A stretch of 64,000 nucleotides of DNA from a virus (Duplodnaviria > Caudoviricetes): positions 14,068 through 78,067 of the IMG/VR virus record IMGVR_UViG_3300029288_000143; one strand, given 5' to 3'. A program made the translations under genes and the position numbers. The notes below the pieces were generated by a model. That model was not told the DNA's origin and searched no databases. It saw nothing but the letters and a program-made list of their open reading frames with translations. Shown here piece by piece: positions 48,546 to 56,186 of this stretch. The stretch's first letter is position 1; each line of letters opens with the position of its first letter.

Positions 48546-49136
48546 CTATAGATCCATCACGACGGGCTTCCCGACGACGTTGCCGAACCGATCCATCTGC
48601 GTGACGTTCAGCGCTTTGGTCCTGGCATAGTGCTGCTTCCCATTGCCGTGACTGAAAACATGGAGTCGCGGAGCGCGCTGCCGCACGATTTCCGCCAGGC
48701 CGCCGAATTCCGGCGGGCAGTGAGTAATCAAAATATCGAGGCCCTCGGGAATGTGGCACCAGCGATGGATCATGTAGTCGTCATGATCGCAAAATGCACC
48801 CGCCAGGCTAAACTCTCGACTGAATGACCACGGAGACCACGGCGTACCGAAAATTTTGAAGCCTTCAACTTCCACGGTTTCGTCGACCAAAACCTTAGCG
48901 TTGTAAAGGCGCGAAATTGCCTCGGTCTCGTTGGCATCGCACCATTCGTCTCGGTCACCGAATACGACGAATTTGTACTTGTGCGGTAGGCGCCCGAGCA
49001 ACGCGTTGAAACGGTCGACGTCGTAGCGTGTACCGAACGTGGAGCTGAAGTCCCCGGTGCAAATCAGTACATCACCATCGGGAACCGACAGCAGGTAGTC
49101 TTCGTGGTGGGTGCATCCAATAAAAACGAAGCGCAT
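48546..49136 (-). CDS. Metallophosphoesterase (MPPED-like) with degenerate metal ligands
   Basis: FIGCTH, PDGDVLICTGDFS, VFGDRDE, IFGTPWSP, LITHCPP, VFSHG; ATG 49136 with AGGAGG SD. Confidence 0.75.
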   Translation of the reverse strand: MRFVFIGCTHHEDYLLSVPDGDVLICTGDFSSTFGTRYDVDRFNALLGRLPHKYKFVVFGDRDEWCDANETEAISRLYNAKVLVDETVEVEGFKIFGTPWSPWSFSREFSLAGAFCDHDDYMIHRWCHIPEGLDILITHCPPEFGGLAEIVRQRAPRLHVFSHGNGKQHYARTKALNVTQMDRFGNVVGKPVVMDL

Positions 49137-49191
49137 GGGGACCTCCTGACTACAGTGTAGCAGAAGTGGACAACGCGTCAAGATGCAACTT

Positions 49192-49209
49192 CACCTTAGT
49201 TTATAGACA
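49192..49209 (+). promoter_or_regulatory. Putative late promoter (partial match)
   Basis: CACCTTAgtttaTAGACA. Confidence 0.4.
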
Positions 49210-49218
49210 GGAGACAGC

Positions 49219-50118
49219 ATGACTACACCAAATAAAATCCGAGTTCGCGGTGACGTGTACGAACTCGTGAAAAACGTAGCGCCGCTGGCGCAAATGGACC
49301 TCGCCGACGAGATGTCCCAAGATATGCGGTTGGCCCAAAATGAGTTCGTGACGACGGTAGAGAACGTCATCGATGCCGTGGATGAAATCGATCCGCGCGG
49401 CCTTGCATCTCCCATCGCCGGAATGGCCGCGCCAATCGGCAAGATATTCACCAAAGCGCAAGGAATCCTCAAACTATTTCAACACGACAAAATCAGCGTG
49501 GAACTCTACAAATTGGAGTACGGTCGTTGGTACTTGGTACACGAGCTGGTGCGTGTGGCCTATCACTTTGCGCGCCAAGATTACTACAAGCGAGACAACA
49601 AACTAGATATTGACACCGTGGTCAGCGCACTTGACTACGACAAAACACTAAAAGAACTGCGGCAAGACCACGAGCGCTATTACGCGGCAGCCGCATCTAA
49701 AATACTGCTGCGCTTCATTAAGGCCGGCAGTGAGGATGACACCCCTGTCGTACAGGATTCGAAAACAAGGCGTGAGCTAGACCTCAGTGCCGTGACGATA
49801 CAGCGAATTAAGGACACCATTAAGCACGTGCTGCAGGCTGCACTTGACCTCGGAACCGCCACGGCCGAAACCCTGGACAAATACGACAGCGCTGCTCGGC
49901 ATCTCGCGGCAGCTACAAATCTGGCTAAAGAAATCGCCAAGGCGCCGCAGATGTTGATGAAACCTGAACCCCTGACTCCGCCAGAGCACAAAGAGCGCAT
50001 CGATACAGACGCTACAATAAGTAAATCCGTTGAGGACGAGCCCACCGCCATTGATCCGCGCGTAAAGCACGGCACCTACCTTCACTACGCCGGAAAAACC
50101 TACCGTCCACTCACGTAG
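49219..50118 (+). CDS. Putative internal head protein with the motif at both termini
   Basis: MTTPNKIRVRGDVYELV...TYLHYAGKTYRPLT*; AGGAG SD. Confidence 0.7.
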   Translation: MTTPNKIRVRGDVYELVKNVAPLAQMDLADEMSQDMRLAQNEFVTTVENVIDAVDEIDPRGLASPIAGMAAPIGKIFTKAQGILKLFQHDKISVELYKLEYGRWYLVHELVRVAYHFARQDYYKRDNKLDIDTVVSALDYDKTLKELRQDHERYYAAAASKILLRFIKAGSEDDTPVVQDSKTRRELDLSAVTIQRIKDTIKHVLQAALDLGTATAETLDKYDSAARHLAAATNLAKEIAKAPQMLMKPEPLTPPEHKERIDTDATISKSVEDEPTAIDPRVKHGTYLHYAGKTYRPLT

Positions 50119-50163
50119 TTCCCTCCCTTTTCGCATAAAACCCGGTTCCGACGCGTTTTCTGC

Positions 50164-50192
50164 TTGACGGCCGCGTTGCCGTGCAGTACAGT
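50164..50192 (+). promoter_or_regulatory. sigma70-type promoter, leaderless transcript
   Basis: TTGACG-17-TACAGT-6-ATG(50199). Confidence 0.7.
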
Positions 50193-50198
50193 CGTGCC

Positions 50199-50432
50199 AT
50201 GCGTCGACTACTGCACCACCACGCCGAGCGCCGCCGTGTCCACGAGCACCGGCTGCGCCGCCTGCATCAGCACTACTACACAAGGCCATTTTTCTTAGAT
50301 GGCGGTTGGTCGCTACACGATGACCGAATCCCAGTAATTCGGCTAACGCCAGCGGCGTGGGAAAAGCTGCTCGAGATGCTAGAACGTCCACCTGCACCCA
50401 CGGAAGTGTTACGCAGACTTATGAAAGGCTAA
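50199..50432 (+). CDS. Small His/Arg-rich protein ending in a DUF1778/TacA-like antitoxin tail
   Basis: VIRLTPAAWEKLLEMLERPPAPTEVLRRLMK. Confidence 0.6.
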   Translation: MRRLLHHHAERRRVHEHRLRRLHQHYYTRPFFLDGGWSLHDDRIPVIRLTPAAWEKLLEMLERPPAPTEVLRRLMKG

Positions 50433-50434
50433 TA

Positions 50435-51031
50435 ATGCATAAAGTCAAGAATTCCACAGCGTGGAACGCAATCAAACAGCTTCCCATCGGCACGAAAGTC
50501 ATGGTTTCGGCGGAGTTGGTACAAGCAGACGACGTGGCTGGACGAGTTGACTATAAAACGGACCCACCGGCAGAATACCCACATGTGGTGTCGATGCCCA
50601 GAATTTGGCGCGCCAGAGCTTGCAAACCGTTCGTTGCGTGGATTTCGGGCGCCCGATGGTGCTGCGAGGGTGCACTGAAAACCACGTATTTCTACGACTA
50701 TTCGGCGCCTACGCACGGAAGTAGGTTTGTAACGAATAACAAGATTCCGGCGTTGCTCGTGCGCAAAGCACAGTTCAGCAAGGAAATTATTGTCCCCGTC
50801 GACGCCGTTGAGGAAATCGTGCTTAGCGTTACGGCGCCCAGACTTATGCTCGCCGAAGCAGCACCATTGATGCAAACGACGCCCTGCTCCGACGCCGCTC
50901 GCGAATATCTGCGAGAACGAAGCAAAGCGGCTGCGCGCGGGCAAGGAGGCAAATTTTTGCCATCCGCGCCAACACCAACAGCGGAAACTCCTGCTCCAGC
51001 CACCACATGGTCGTGGGCGCGACCAATTTGA
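50435..51031 (+). CDS. Hypothetical protein
   Basis: ATG 50435 just after the previous stop. Confidence 0.6.
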   Translation: MHKVKNSTAWNAIKQLPIGTKVMVSAELVQADDVAGRVDYKTDPPAEYPHVVSMPRIWRARACKPFVAWISGARWCCEGALKTTYFYDYSAPTHGSRFVTNNKIPALLVRKAQFSKEIIVPVDAVEEIVLSVTAPRLMLAEAAPLMQTTPCSDAAREYLRERSKAAARGQGGKFLPSAPTPTAETPAPATTWSWARPI

Positions 51032-51041
51032 TTGGTGAAAT

Positions 51042-51296
51042 ATGTCTAAAGAAGCGCTTGCAAAACTACTTAGAAAACGGCTGATCAAAGCCGGTCTGGT
51101 TCCTACGGAACTCGTCAATCGTGTGTCCGATGACGCTATTATTGACAGCTACATAACGTGCAGCGGGTGCCACACAAAAATTGTGACTTCTGAGGAGCTC
51201 GTGGCAGCGGTTGCACAGGCGCGCTCGACAGAACATTTTTTCGAGTTGTGTGACTTCGATGCACGGATGAAAAACCATTCCGCCGGACATAACTGA
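51042..51296 (+). CDS. Small hypothetical protein (CxxC)
   Basis: 84 aa; YITCSGC. Confidence 0.6.
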   Translation: MSKEALAKLLRKRLIKAGLVPTELVNRVSDDAIIDSYITCSGCHTKIVTSEELVAAVAQARSTEHFFELCDFDARMKNHSAGHN

Positions 51297-51306
51297 TAGG
51301 AAAGCA

Positions 51307-52872
51307 ATGCAAAATCAAGAAAATGATCTCCTCGCTGCGCTTCAAACGCTAGATCTCGTTGAGCAGACTCAGGGGCGCAACGCCAAAAGCGATTTACTCA
51401 AGCAACAAGTCGACAATCTTTATATCCAGGATATCATGCGGTACGCCCTAGGCTCCTATCGCTATTTCGTTACTCCGCCTGATGACGTTGTATCGCATCC
51501 TAGTTTGTCTCTGGAGAAATCCTGGGTCGAATTCAGAACACTGCTCAAGCGCCTGCGCACCCGCGAGGTAACGGGGAACGCGGCGCTGGCGGAGGTCAGC
51601 GCGCTGCTTTCACAGTGTCCTGCCTCAGCCTTGAAGTGGTACACGAGAATTCTGAACCATGACCTCCGTATCGGCATCGGGCACGATGTCGCTAAAGCTC
51701 TTTGGGGAGATGAGTTCCTTCTGGGCAAAGAAGCCAAGACCGAGGATTGGAAGTTCACGGGATGCGCCCTGGCCAAGCCCTGGGCCGACGTCTGGTCCAA
51801 GGGTGCCCCGTACCCCTTGGGCGTAGAGCGCAAGCTCGATGGAGAGCGTGCTCTGGTGTTCATCTGGCCCGCGACGGGCAAGATGGTCGTGACGACACGA
51901 AACGCCAAGCGGCGTGAAGCCATCGAGGGCGTTGAGGCGTTTGGGCAGCAACTCATTGATTTGGCCCACGCGATGAACCCCGACGATCCCGATATGCCGA
52001 TGTTCTTCGACGGGGAGTTTCTGGCCAAGACGTGGAATGATACGTCGAGCCTAATTCGTAAAACCAAGAACTTCGACGCCGAGGCATTCATTCGCGATAT
52101 CCGGATGCTCATTTTCGATTGGGCCCCAACAGCGGACTACTGCGCTGGGCGTTTCGATATGCCCTGGCTGGAGCGTAAGATTCGGCTTCTATCCGCCGTG
52201 GGCTGCACCAGGGCGACTCCCGAGCCTGTAGAGTTCTCTGCCAACCTCACAGTTCTGGGACATGTCATCGCACACAACGACGAGGAGCTTCAGGCCGAGT
52301 ACAATGCGTGTCTTGACGCCGGGTTCGAGGGCATTGTTGCAAAGGTCATGACGGCGCCAGAGTTGTTCAAGCGTACGGCAAATAACGTCAAGCTCAAACC
52401 CACGGACACGCAGACCGTAACGATCACGGGCGCAGTGGCGGGGCAAGGCAAGCACGCTGCCGCATCGAGCGCGTTTATTTCTGCGGTATCTGGGGTGCTG
52501 AATCGGTACGGCAAAGCCCAGGGCACGGTACCGTACATGCGCTGGACCGTTGACGATGTCGATGCCGCCATGGCCGCGGTCAGGAAGGTCGTGGCCGACG
52601 ATACGGAACGCCGGCTTGAAGCCGAGGGCAATGTCATTACGCTGCGGACGGGAGCCCGGCTGGGGTATTTCACAGCTGTAACCCCGAATGGCGACGAAAT
52701 CCATGTTGGCGGCGGGTATACACATAAAACCGGACGCGATCAGCGCATGGATTTCTGGCTCCGGCGGGACGAACTCTTGGGCAAGAAAATCGATATCAAA
52801 GTCCAGCAGGACAAGGAGCAGGTTGGTGTAGGGCGTTTCAACCGGTTTAGCCGAATCAGGGACGATTTGTAA
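51307..52872 (+). CDS. ATP-dependent DNA ligase
   Basis: Helical N-terminal DNA-binding domain, ERKLDGERA (adenylation Lys), FFDGEF, FEGIVAK, VKLKP, C-terminal OB fold ending RFSRIRDD. Confidence 0.92.
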   Translation: MQNQENDLLAALQTLDLVEQTQGRNAKSDLLKQQVDNLYIQDIMRYALGSYRYFVTPPDDVVSHPSLSLEKSWVEFRTLLKRLRTREVTGNAALAEVSALLSQCPASALKWYTRILNHDLRIGIGHDVAKALWGDEFLLGKEAKTEDWKFTGCALAKPWADVWSKGAPYPLGVERKLDGERALVFIWPATGKMVVTTRNAKRREAIEGVEAFGQQLIDLAHAMNPDDPDMPMFFDGEFLAKTWNDTSSLIRKTKNFDAEAFIRDIRMLIFDWAPTADYCAGRFDMPWLERKIRLLSAVGCTRATPEPVEFSANLTVLGHVIAHNDEELQAEYNACLDAGFEGIVAKVMTAPELFKRTANNVKLKPTDTQTVTITGAVAGQGKHAAASSAFISAVSGVLNRYGKAQGTVPYMRWTVDDVDAAMAAVRKVVADDTERRLEAEGNVITLRTGARLGYFTAVTPNGDEIHVGGGYTHKTGRDQRMDFWLRRDELLGKKIDIKVQQDKEQVGVGRFNRFSRIRDDL

Positions 52873-52878
52873 AATTAG

Positions 52879-53094
52879 TTGAAGCAGTACTTTGCAGAGC
52901 TAGAGGTGGCACATGTGGCGCTAGAACAAAAATTAAAGACGTGGCTTGTGAGAGCAAACTACGAGGATTGAAACGATTGCGCGCATTGCGACGACAATAA
53001 TTTCAGATGGACAGACCAGCGTACTTGGACAGAGACACTGAAATTTGCAGACCAACTGGCCGATTTCGCCGAGAAATACAAACCGACTCTGTAA
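52879..53094 (+). pseudogene. Interrupted ORF remnant with in-frame TGA at 52969-52971
   Basis: LKQYFAELEVAHVALEQKLKTWLVRANYED*NDCAHCDDNNFRWTDQRTWTETLKFADQLADFAEKYKPTL* fills the gap exactly. Confidence 0.4.
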
Positions 53095-53115
53095 CAGTAG
53101 CAGAAAGGCAAAACA

Positions 53116-53391
53116 ATGTCAAAATACGATCGACGCCAGAAAACTGAATCTATTTCTCTGTTTGACATTCTTTCCGCGGTTGACGCCAGCGTTGACACGG
53201 CGAAAACGGTCGCGGAGCTTAACTCGGATCTTAATTCAGATAAATATAAATTCACATCAGCAGAGCGTGCGGTACTAGCTACACTGCAGCACAAATGCGT
53301 TCTGATCGCAGAGCAGCACGGTGCATTTTTGGATATGGTTCTGCGGTCTATGGACGACGTAGAAGCCGAGGTCGAGAAAAGCGAGGACTAA
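53116..53391 (+). CDS. Hypothetical helical protein
   Basis: 91 aa; stop coupled to the next ATG. Confidence 0.6.
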   Translation: MSKYDRRQKTESISLFDILSAVDASVDTAKTVAELNSDLNSDKYKFTSAERAVLATLQHKCVLIAEQHGAFLDMVLRSMDDVEAEVEKSED

Positions 53392-53786
53392 TGCGGCGCA
53401 AAAAGGAAAAGCAGGAACTCCCGAAACGTACTGCCCGGGGTAATGAACGCCGCGAGTTGGAGGGCTATGTTGGCGTCGACGAATACTTTGATGACGACCC
53501 GCGTTCTATCGACGAGTACTGCGCCAGGATCCACTTAGCCTGCGAAGACGCACAGGCCTGCTGGCTCGCTCGGCATCCAGGCTGTGAAATCGAGCCAGGT
53601 ACATTTTGGCTTAGACTCATGGAACAAGGCGTCTATGACCAAACCCGCCTGTACGGCGTTTTCTATTACTGGGAGGCAGAAGAAGACGCCGACGAGTACG
53701 CAGAGACCCTGGCAGCCGCCCAGGCGACCAAAGCCGCACAAGAGCGCGAGCTGTACTTGCAGCTAAAAGCAAAGTTTGAACCATGA
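53391..53786 (+). CDS. Hypothetical protein
   Basis: TAATG coupling; MRRKKEKQELP... Confidence 0.6.
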   Translation: MRRKKEKQELPKRTARGNERRELEGYVGVDEYFDDDPRSIDEYCARIHLACEDAQACWLARHPGCEIEPGTFWLRLMEQGVYDQTRLYGVFYYWEAEEDADEYAETLAAAQATKAAQERELYLQLKAKFEP

Positions 53787-53798
53787 CCAAAGTTCAAT

Positions 53799-55310
53799 TT
53801 GAGTCAACCACCCCTCCTACATGGAGAGACGCGAAAAGGTCTCTGGTTGACTAGGGAACATCGAAAGGTGTAGCAGTTGGTCGAGAGAAATACATACACA
53901 CCCGTGGACGCTCCTCAAATCTACGGCTCTGTGGATCTGTCGTTAAAAAGCTCAAGGGGTAGAGCTGGTGCGCAGATCTTAAAAACCTCTTCCAACAATC
54001 CCGATGAGGCTCTCACTTCCCTTTCGAGGGAAGGGCAGGACTTGAGAGTACCTGCCGTTTATGTTCTTAATCAACGCGGCGAGCCATTAATGCCCACAAC
54101 GCCAAGGAAAGCACGAATGCTTCTCCGGGAAGGAAAGGCCAAGGTAAAGACTAGAACTCCGTTTGTAATTCAATTGCTTGTTCCAACCGGAGAAACCAAA
54201 CGGCCCATCGTTTTGGGAGTAGACGCTGGATACCTCCACGTTGGCCTGTCGGCCGTAACGGAAAATAAAGAAGTATACGCCGCGGAAATCACGCTTAGGT
54301 CTGATATTGTAGCCTTAATTTCGACTCGTAAAATGTATCGACAAACACGAAGAAGTAGAAAAACCTGGTACAGACAGCCGAGATGGTTGAATCGAGTAAA
54401 AAGCAAACCCAAAGGCTGGCTAGCTCCGTCAATTCAGCACAAGCTCAATAGCCATGTAAAACTGGTCGAGCGCGTTAAACGAATTCTTCCCATTACCTCA
54501 GTAATAGTGGAAATAGCTGCTTTTGACATTCAGAAAATCAAAAATCCAGATATACAGGGAGTAGAGTACCAAGAAGGTGTGCAAAAAGGTTTTACAAACG
54601 TGCGAGAATATGTGCTGTACAGAGATGGACATAAATGCCAAGCGTGCAAAGGAAAATCCAAAGACAAAATTTTGAAAGTAGTGTTGAACGCCCACCACAT
54701 AGAGTCTAGAAAAACAGGCGGAAATCGACCTGATAATCTCGTTACACTCTGTGCTGAGTGTCATAAGCTTTACCATAACGGTACCGTAAACATTAAAACT
54801 AAACCCAGCAAAAGTTTCAAAGCCGAAGCATTCATGACGATGGTGTGGCGACGATTGGTTGAACTATTAGGTGCCGCAATCCGATATGGCTACGAAACCA
54901 AACAAGCTAGAGCAGACGCTGGACTTAACAAAAGTCATGTTAATGACGCTTTTGTCGTCGCGGGCGGATGCTACCAGAACAGAACAGTTCCATTTTTAGT
55001 AAAACAAGTTAGGAAACAGAACCGAAAACTTTACAATGGACCACACTCCGGTCGGCGCAGCACCGCTGCTCGATTTGTTCGTGGGTTCCAACGATACGAT
55101 AAAGTCCTGTACAAAGGAGTGGAATGTTTTGTGTTTGGAAGAAGAACCAACGGTTATTTCGACGTCCGAGATCTATACGGTGCTAGAATACATGACGGCG
55201 CAAAAGCCAAGGACTGTGTTTTGCTGGAAACAGCAAGCACTTTATTAACCTGTACCCTAAGAGGTGGCACTCCCCTGCCTAAAGGCAGAGGTCTCCATGC
55301 CGAAGCCCAA
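53799..55310 (+). mobile_element. Non-autonomous IS200/IS605-family IscB (OMEGA) element
   Basis: omega-RNA-like leader starting GTCAACCACCCC, iscB ORF, terminal hairpin CCCCTGCCTAAAGGCAGAGG, then ATGAA flank; no tnpA in window; left boundary uncertain (53799-53803). Confidence 0.85.
53803..54041 (+). ncRNA. omega-RNA / HEARO RNA scaffold
   Basis: GTCAACC...GGTTGAC pairing, TACACACC..GGACGCTCCTC..GCTCTG core and CTTCCCTTTCGAGGGAAG hairpin directly upstream of iscB. Confidence 0.8.
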
Positions 55311-55799
55311 ATGAAAATCAGAACTGGTTTTGTCAGCAATTCGAGTAGTTCTAGCTTTGTCGTGCAAATCCGGCAGAGTCCGTGGGAAAAATCCGAGCCC
55401 AAATTGTTGCTTTCGCCGGAGCAACTCGCATGGCTAGAGTCTCAAGGATTTCGGTACTGTGCGCACACGTATCCCTCGCGAGTTGAGGAAACTGGGATTC
55501 TGGAAATGTACCCTGGCGCCGAAACGCCTGAAGCAGCAGAAAATATGTGGCTGTCGGTGATTTGTAACCAAGACGAAGTCATCGACGGTTTGGTCCGGCA
55601 GGGCATTCCATTTTGTGCGTCATGCCACTACGGACACGAGACTGTGGTTTGGCGCGCTGGCGATAAGCGCGTTTATGCATTGCCAAATTTAGGGCACGAA
55701 TACGAAACATACCAAGAGGAGAAACTTTTCAAAGCTAAAGTCAAAGTAGCATCACAAACCGTAGCAAGCATCAAGAAAAACGGGTGTAATCTCGTTTAG
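54042..55799 (+). CDS. iscB: IscB RNA-guided nuclease (423 aa) read through in frame into a 162-aa phage protein
   Basis: TTG start; VYVLNQRGEPLMPT (PLMP), LGVDAG (RuvC-I), RKMYRQTRRSRK (bridge helix), VIVEI (RuvC-II), HHIESRKTGGNRPDNLVTLCAECH (HNH), KSHVNDA (RuvC-III); no stop before ATG 55311. Confidence 0.9.
   Translation: MRVPAVYVLNQRGEPLMPTTPRKARMLLREGKAKVKTRTPFVIQLLVPTGETKRPIVLGVDAGYLHVGLSAVTENKEVYAAEITLRSDIVALISTRKMYRQTRRSRKTWYRQPRWLNRVKSKPKGWLAPSIQHKLNSHVKLVERVKRILPITSVIVEIAAFDIQKIKNPDIQGVEYQEGVQKGFTNVREYVLYRDGHKCQACKGKSKDKILKVVLNAHHIESRKTGGNRPDNLVTLCAECHKLYHNGTVNIKTKPSKSFKAEAFMTMVWRRLVELLGAAIRYGYETKQARADAGLNKSHVNDAFVVAGGCYQNRTVPFLVKQVRKQNRKLYNGPHSGRRSTAARFVRGFQRYDKVLYKGVECFVFGRRTNGYFDVRDLYGARIHDGAKAKDCVLLETASTLLTCTLRGGTPLPKGRGLHAEAQMKIRTGFVSNSSSSSFVVQIRQSPWEKSEPKLLLSPEQLAWLESQGFRYCAHTYPSRVEETGILEMYPGAETPEAAENMWLSVICNQDEVIDGLVRQGIPFCASCHYGHETVVWRAGDKRVYALPNLGHEYETYQEEKLFKAKVKVASQTVASIKKNGCNLV
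55311..55799 (+). CDS. MKIRTGFVSNSSSSSF-family protein 1 (now the C-terminus of the IscB ORF)
   Basis: Same N-terminal signature as the next two genes; lacks its own SD. Confidence 0.75.
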   Translation: MKIRTGFVSNSSSSSFVVQIRQSPWEKSEPKLLLSPEQLAWLESQGFRYCAHTYPSRVEETGILEMYPGAETPEAAENMWLSVICNQDEVIDGLVRQGIPFCASCHYGHETVVWRAGDKRVYALPNLGHEYETYQEEKLFKAKVKVASQTVASIKKNGCNLV

Positions 55800-55807
55800 G
55801 AGGAAAC

Positions 55808-56176
55808 ATGAAGATCAGAACCGGGTTCGTAAGTAATTCCAGCAGCTCCAGCTTTTTGATCTGGGGCATCACAGTAGACACGTCGGAGTTTCAGAAAGAA
55901 ATTCCCGTAAGAGATGAAGACGGGGAAGACTGCGAGGAAGAGAGCCCGTACGATGTCGCGGAGCGGCTTGAGTCCGAATACGGTGACATCGTGCGGTTTG
56001 CTTATGAAAACGACATCCTATATCTCGGTCGGTGCCCTTCAACTTGCGGCCTAGACGAGACCATGCGGAAGTTCCAGCAGCGCGTGGAAACCGAGGTGAA
56101 AGCCATGGCTGAGAAAGAAGGCGTAGCTCTGGGAGACGTGGAATTCGGGTGGCTCGAGGAAGCCTGGCACGACTGA
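55808..56176 (+). CDS. MKIRTGFVSNSSSSSF-family protein 2
   Basis: AGGAGG SD; acidic. Confidence 0.85.
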   Translation: MKIRTGFVSNSSSSSFLIWGITVDTSEFQKEIPVRDEDGEDCEEESPYDVAERLESEYGDIVRFAYENDILYLGRCPSTCGLDETMRKFQQRVETEVKAMAEKEGVALGDVEFGWLEEAWHD

Positions 56177-56186
56177 GGAGGACAAA

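Noticed and set aside
53877-54041. N-terminal 55 aa of the 640-aa ORF in the track
   Set aside because: This is the omega-RNA scaffold read in frame. IscB homology starts at TTG 54042 (RVPAVYVLN...PLMP).
53799-55310. Autonomous transposon or Cas9
   Set aside because: No tnpA (Y1 HUH) gene, and no CRISPR array or REC lobe. The size and PLMP domain indicate IscB.
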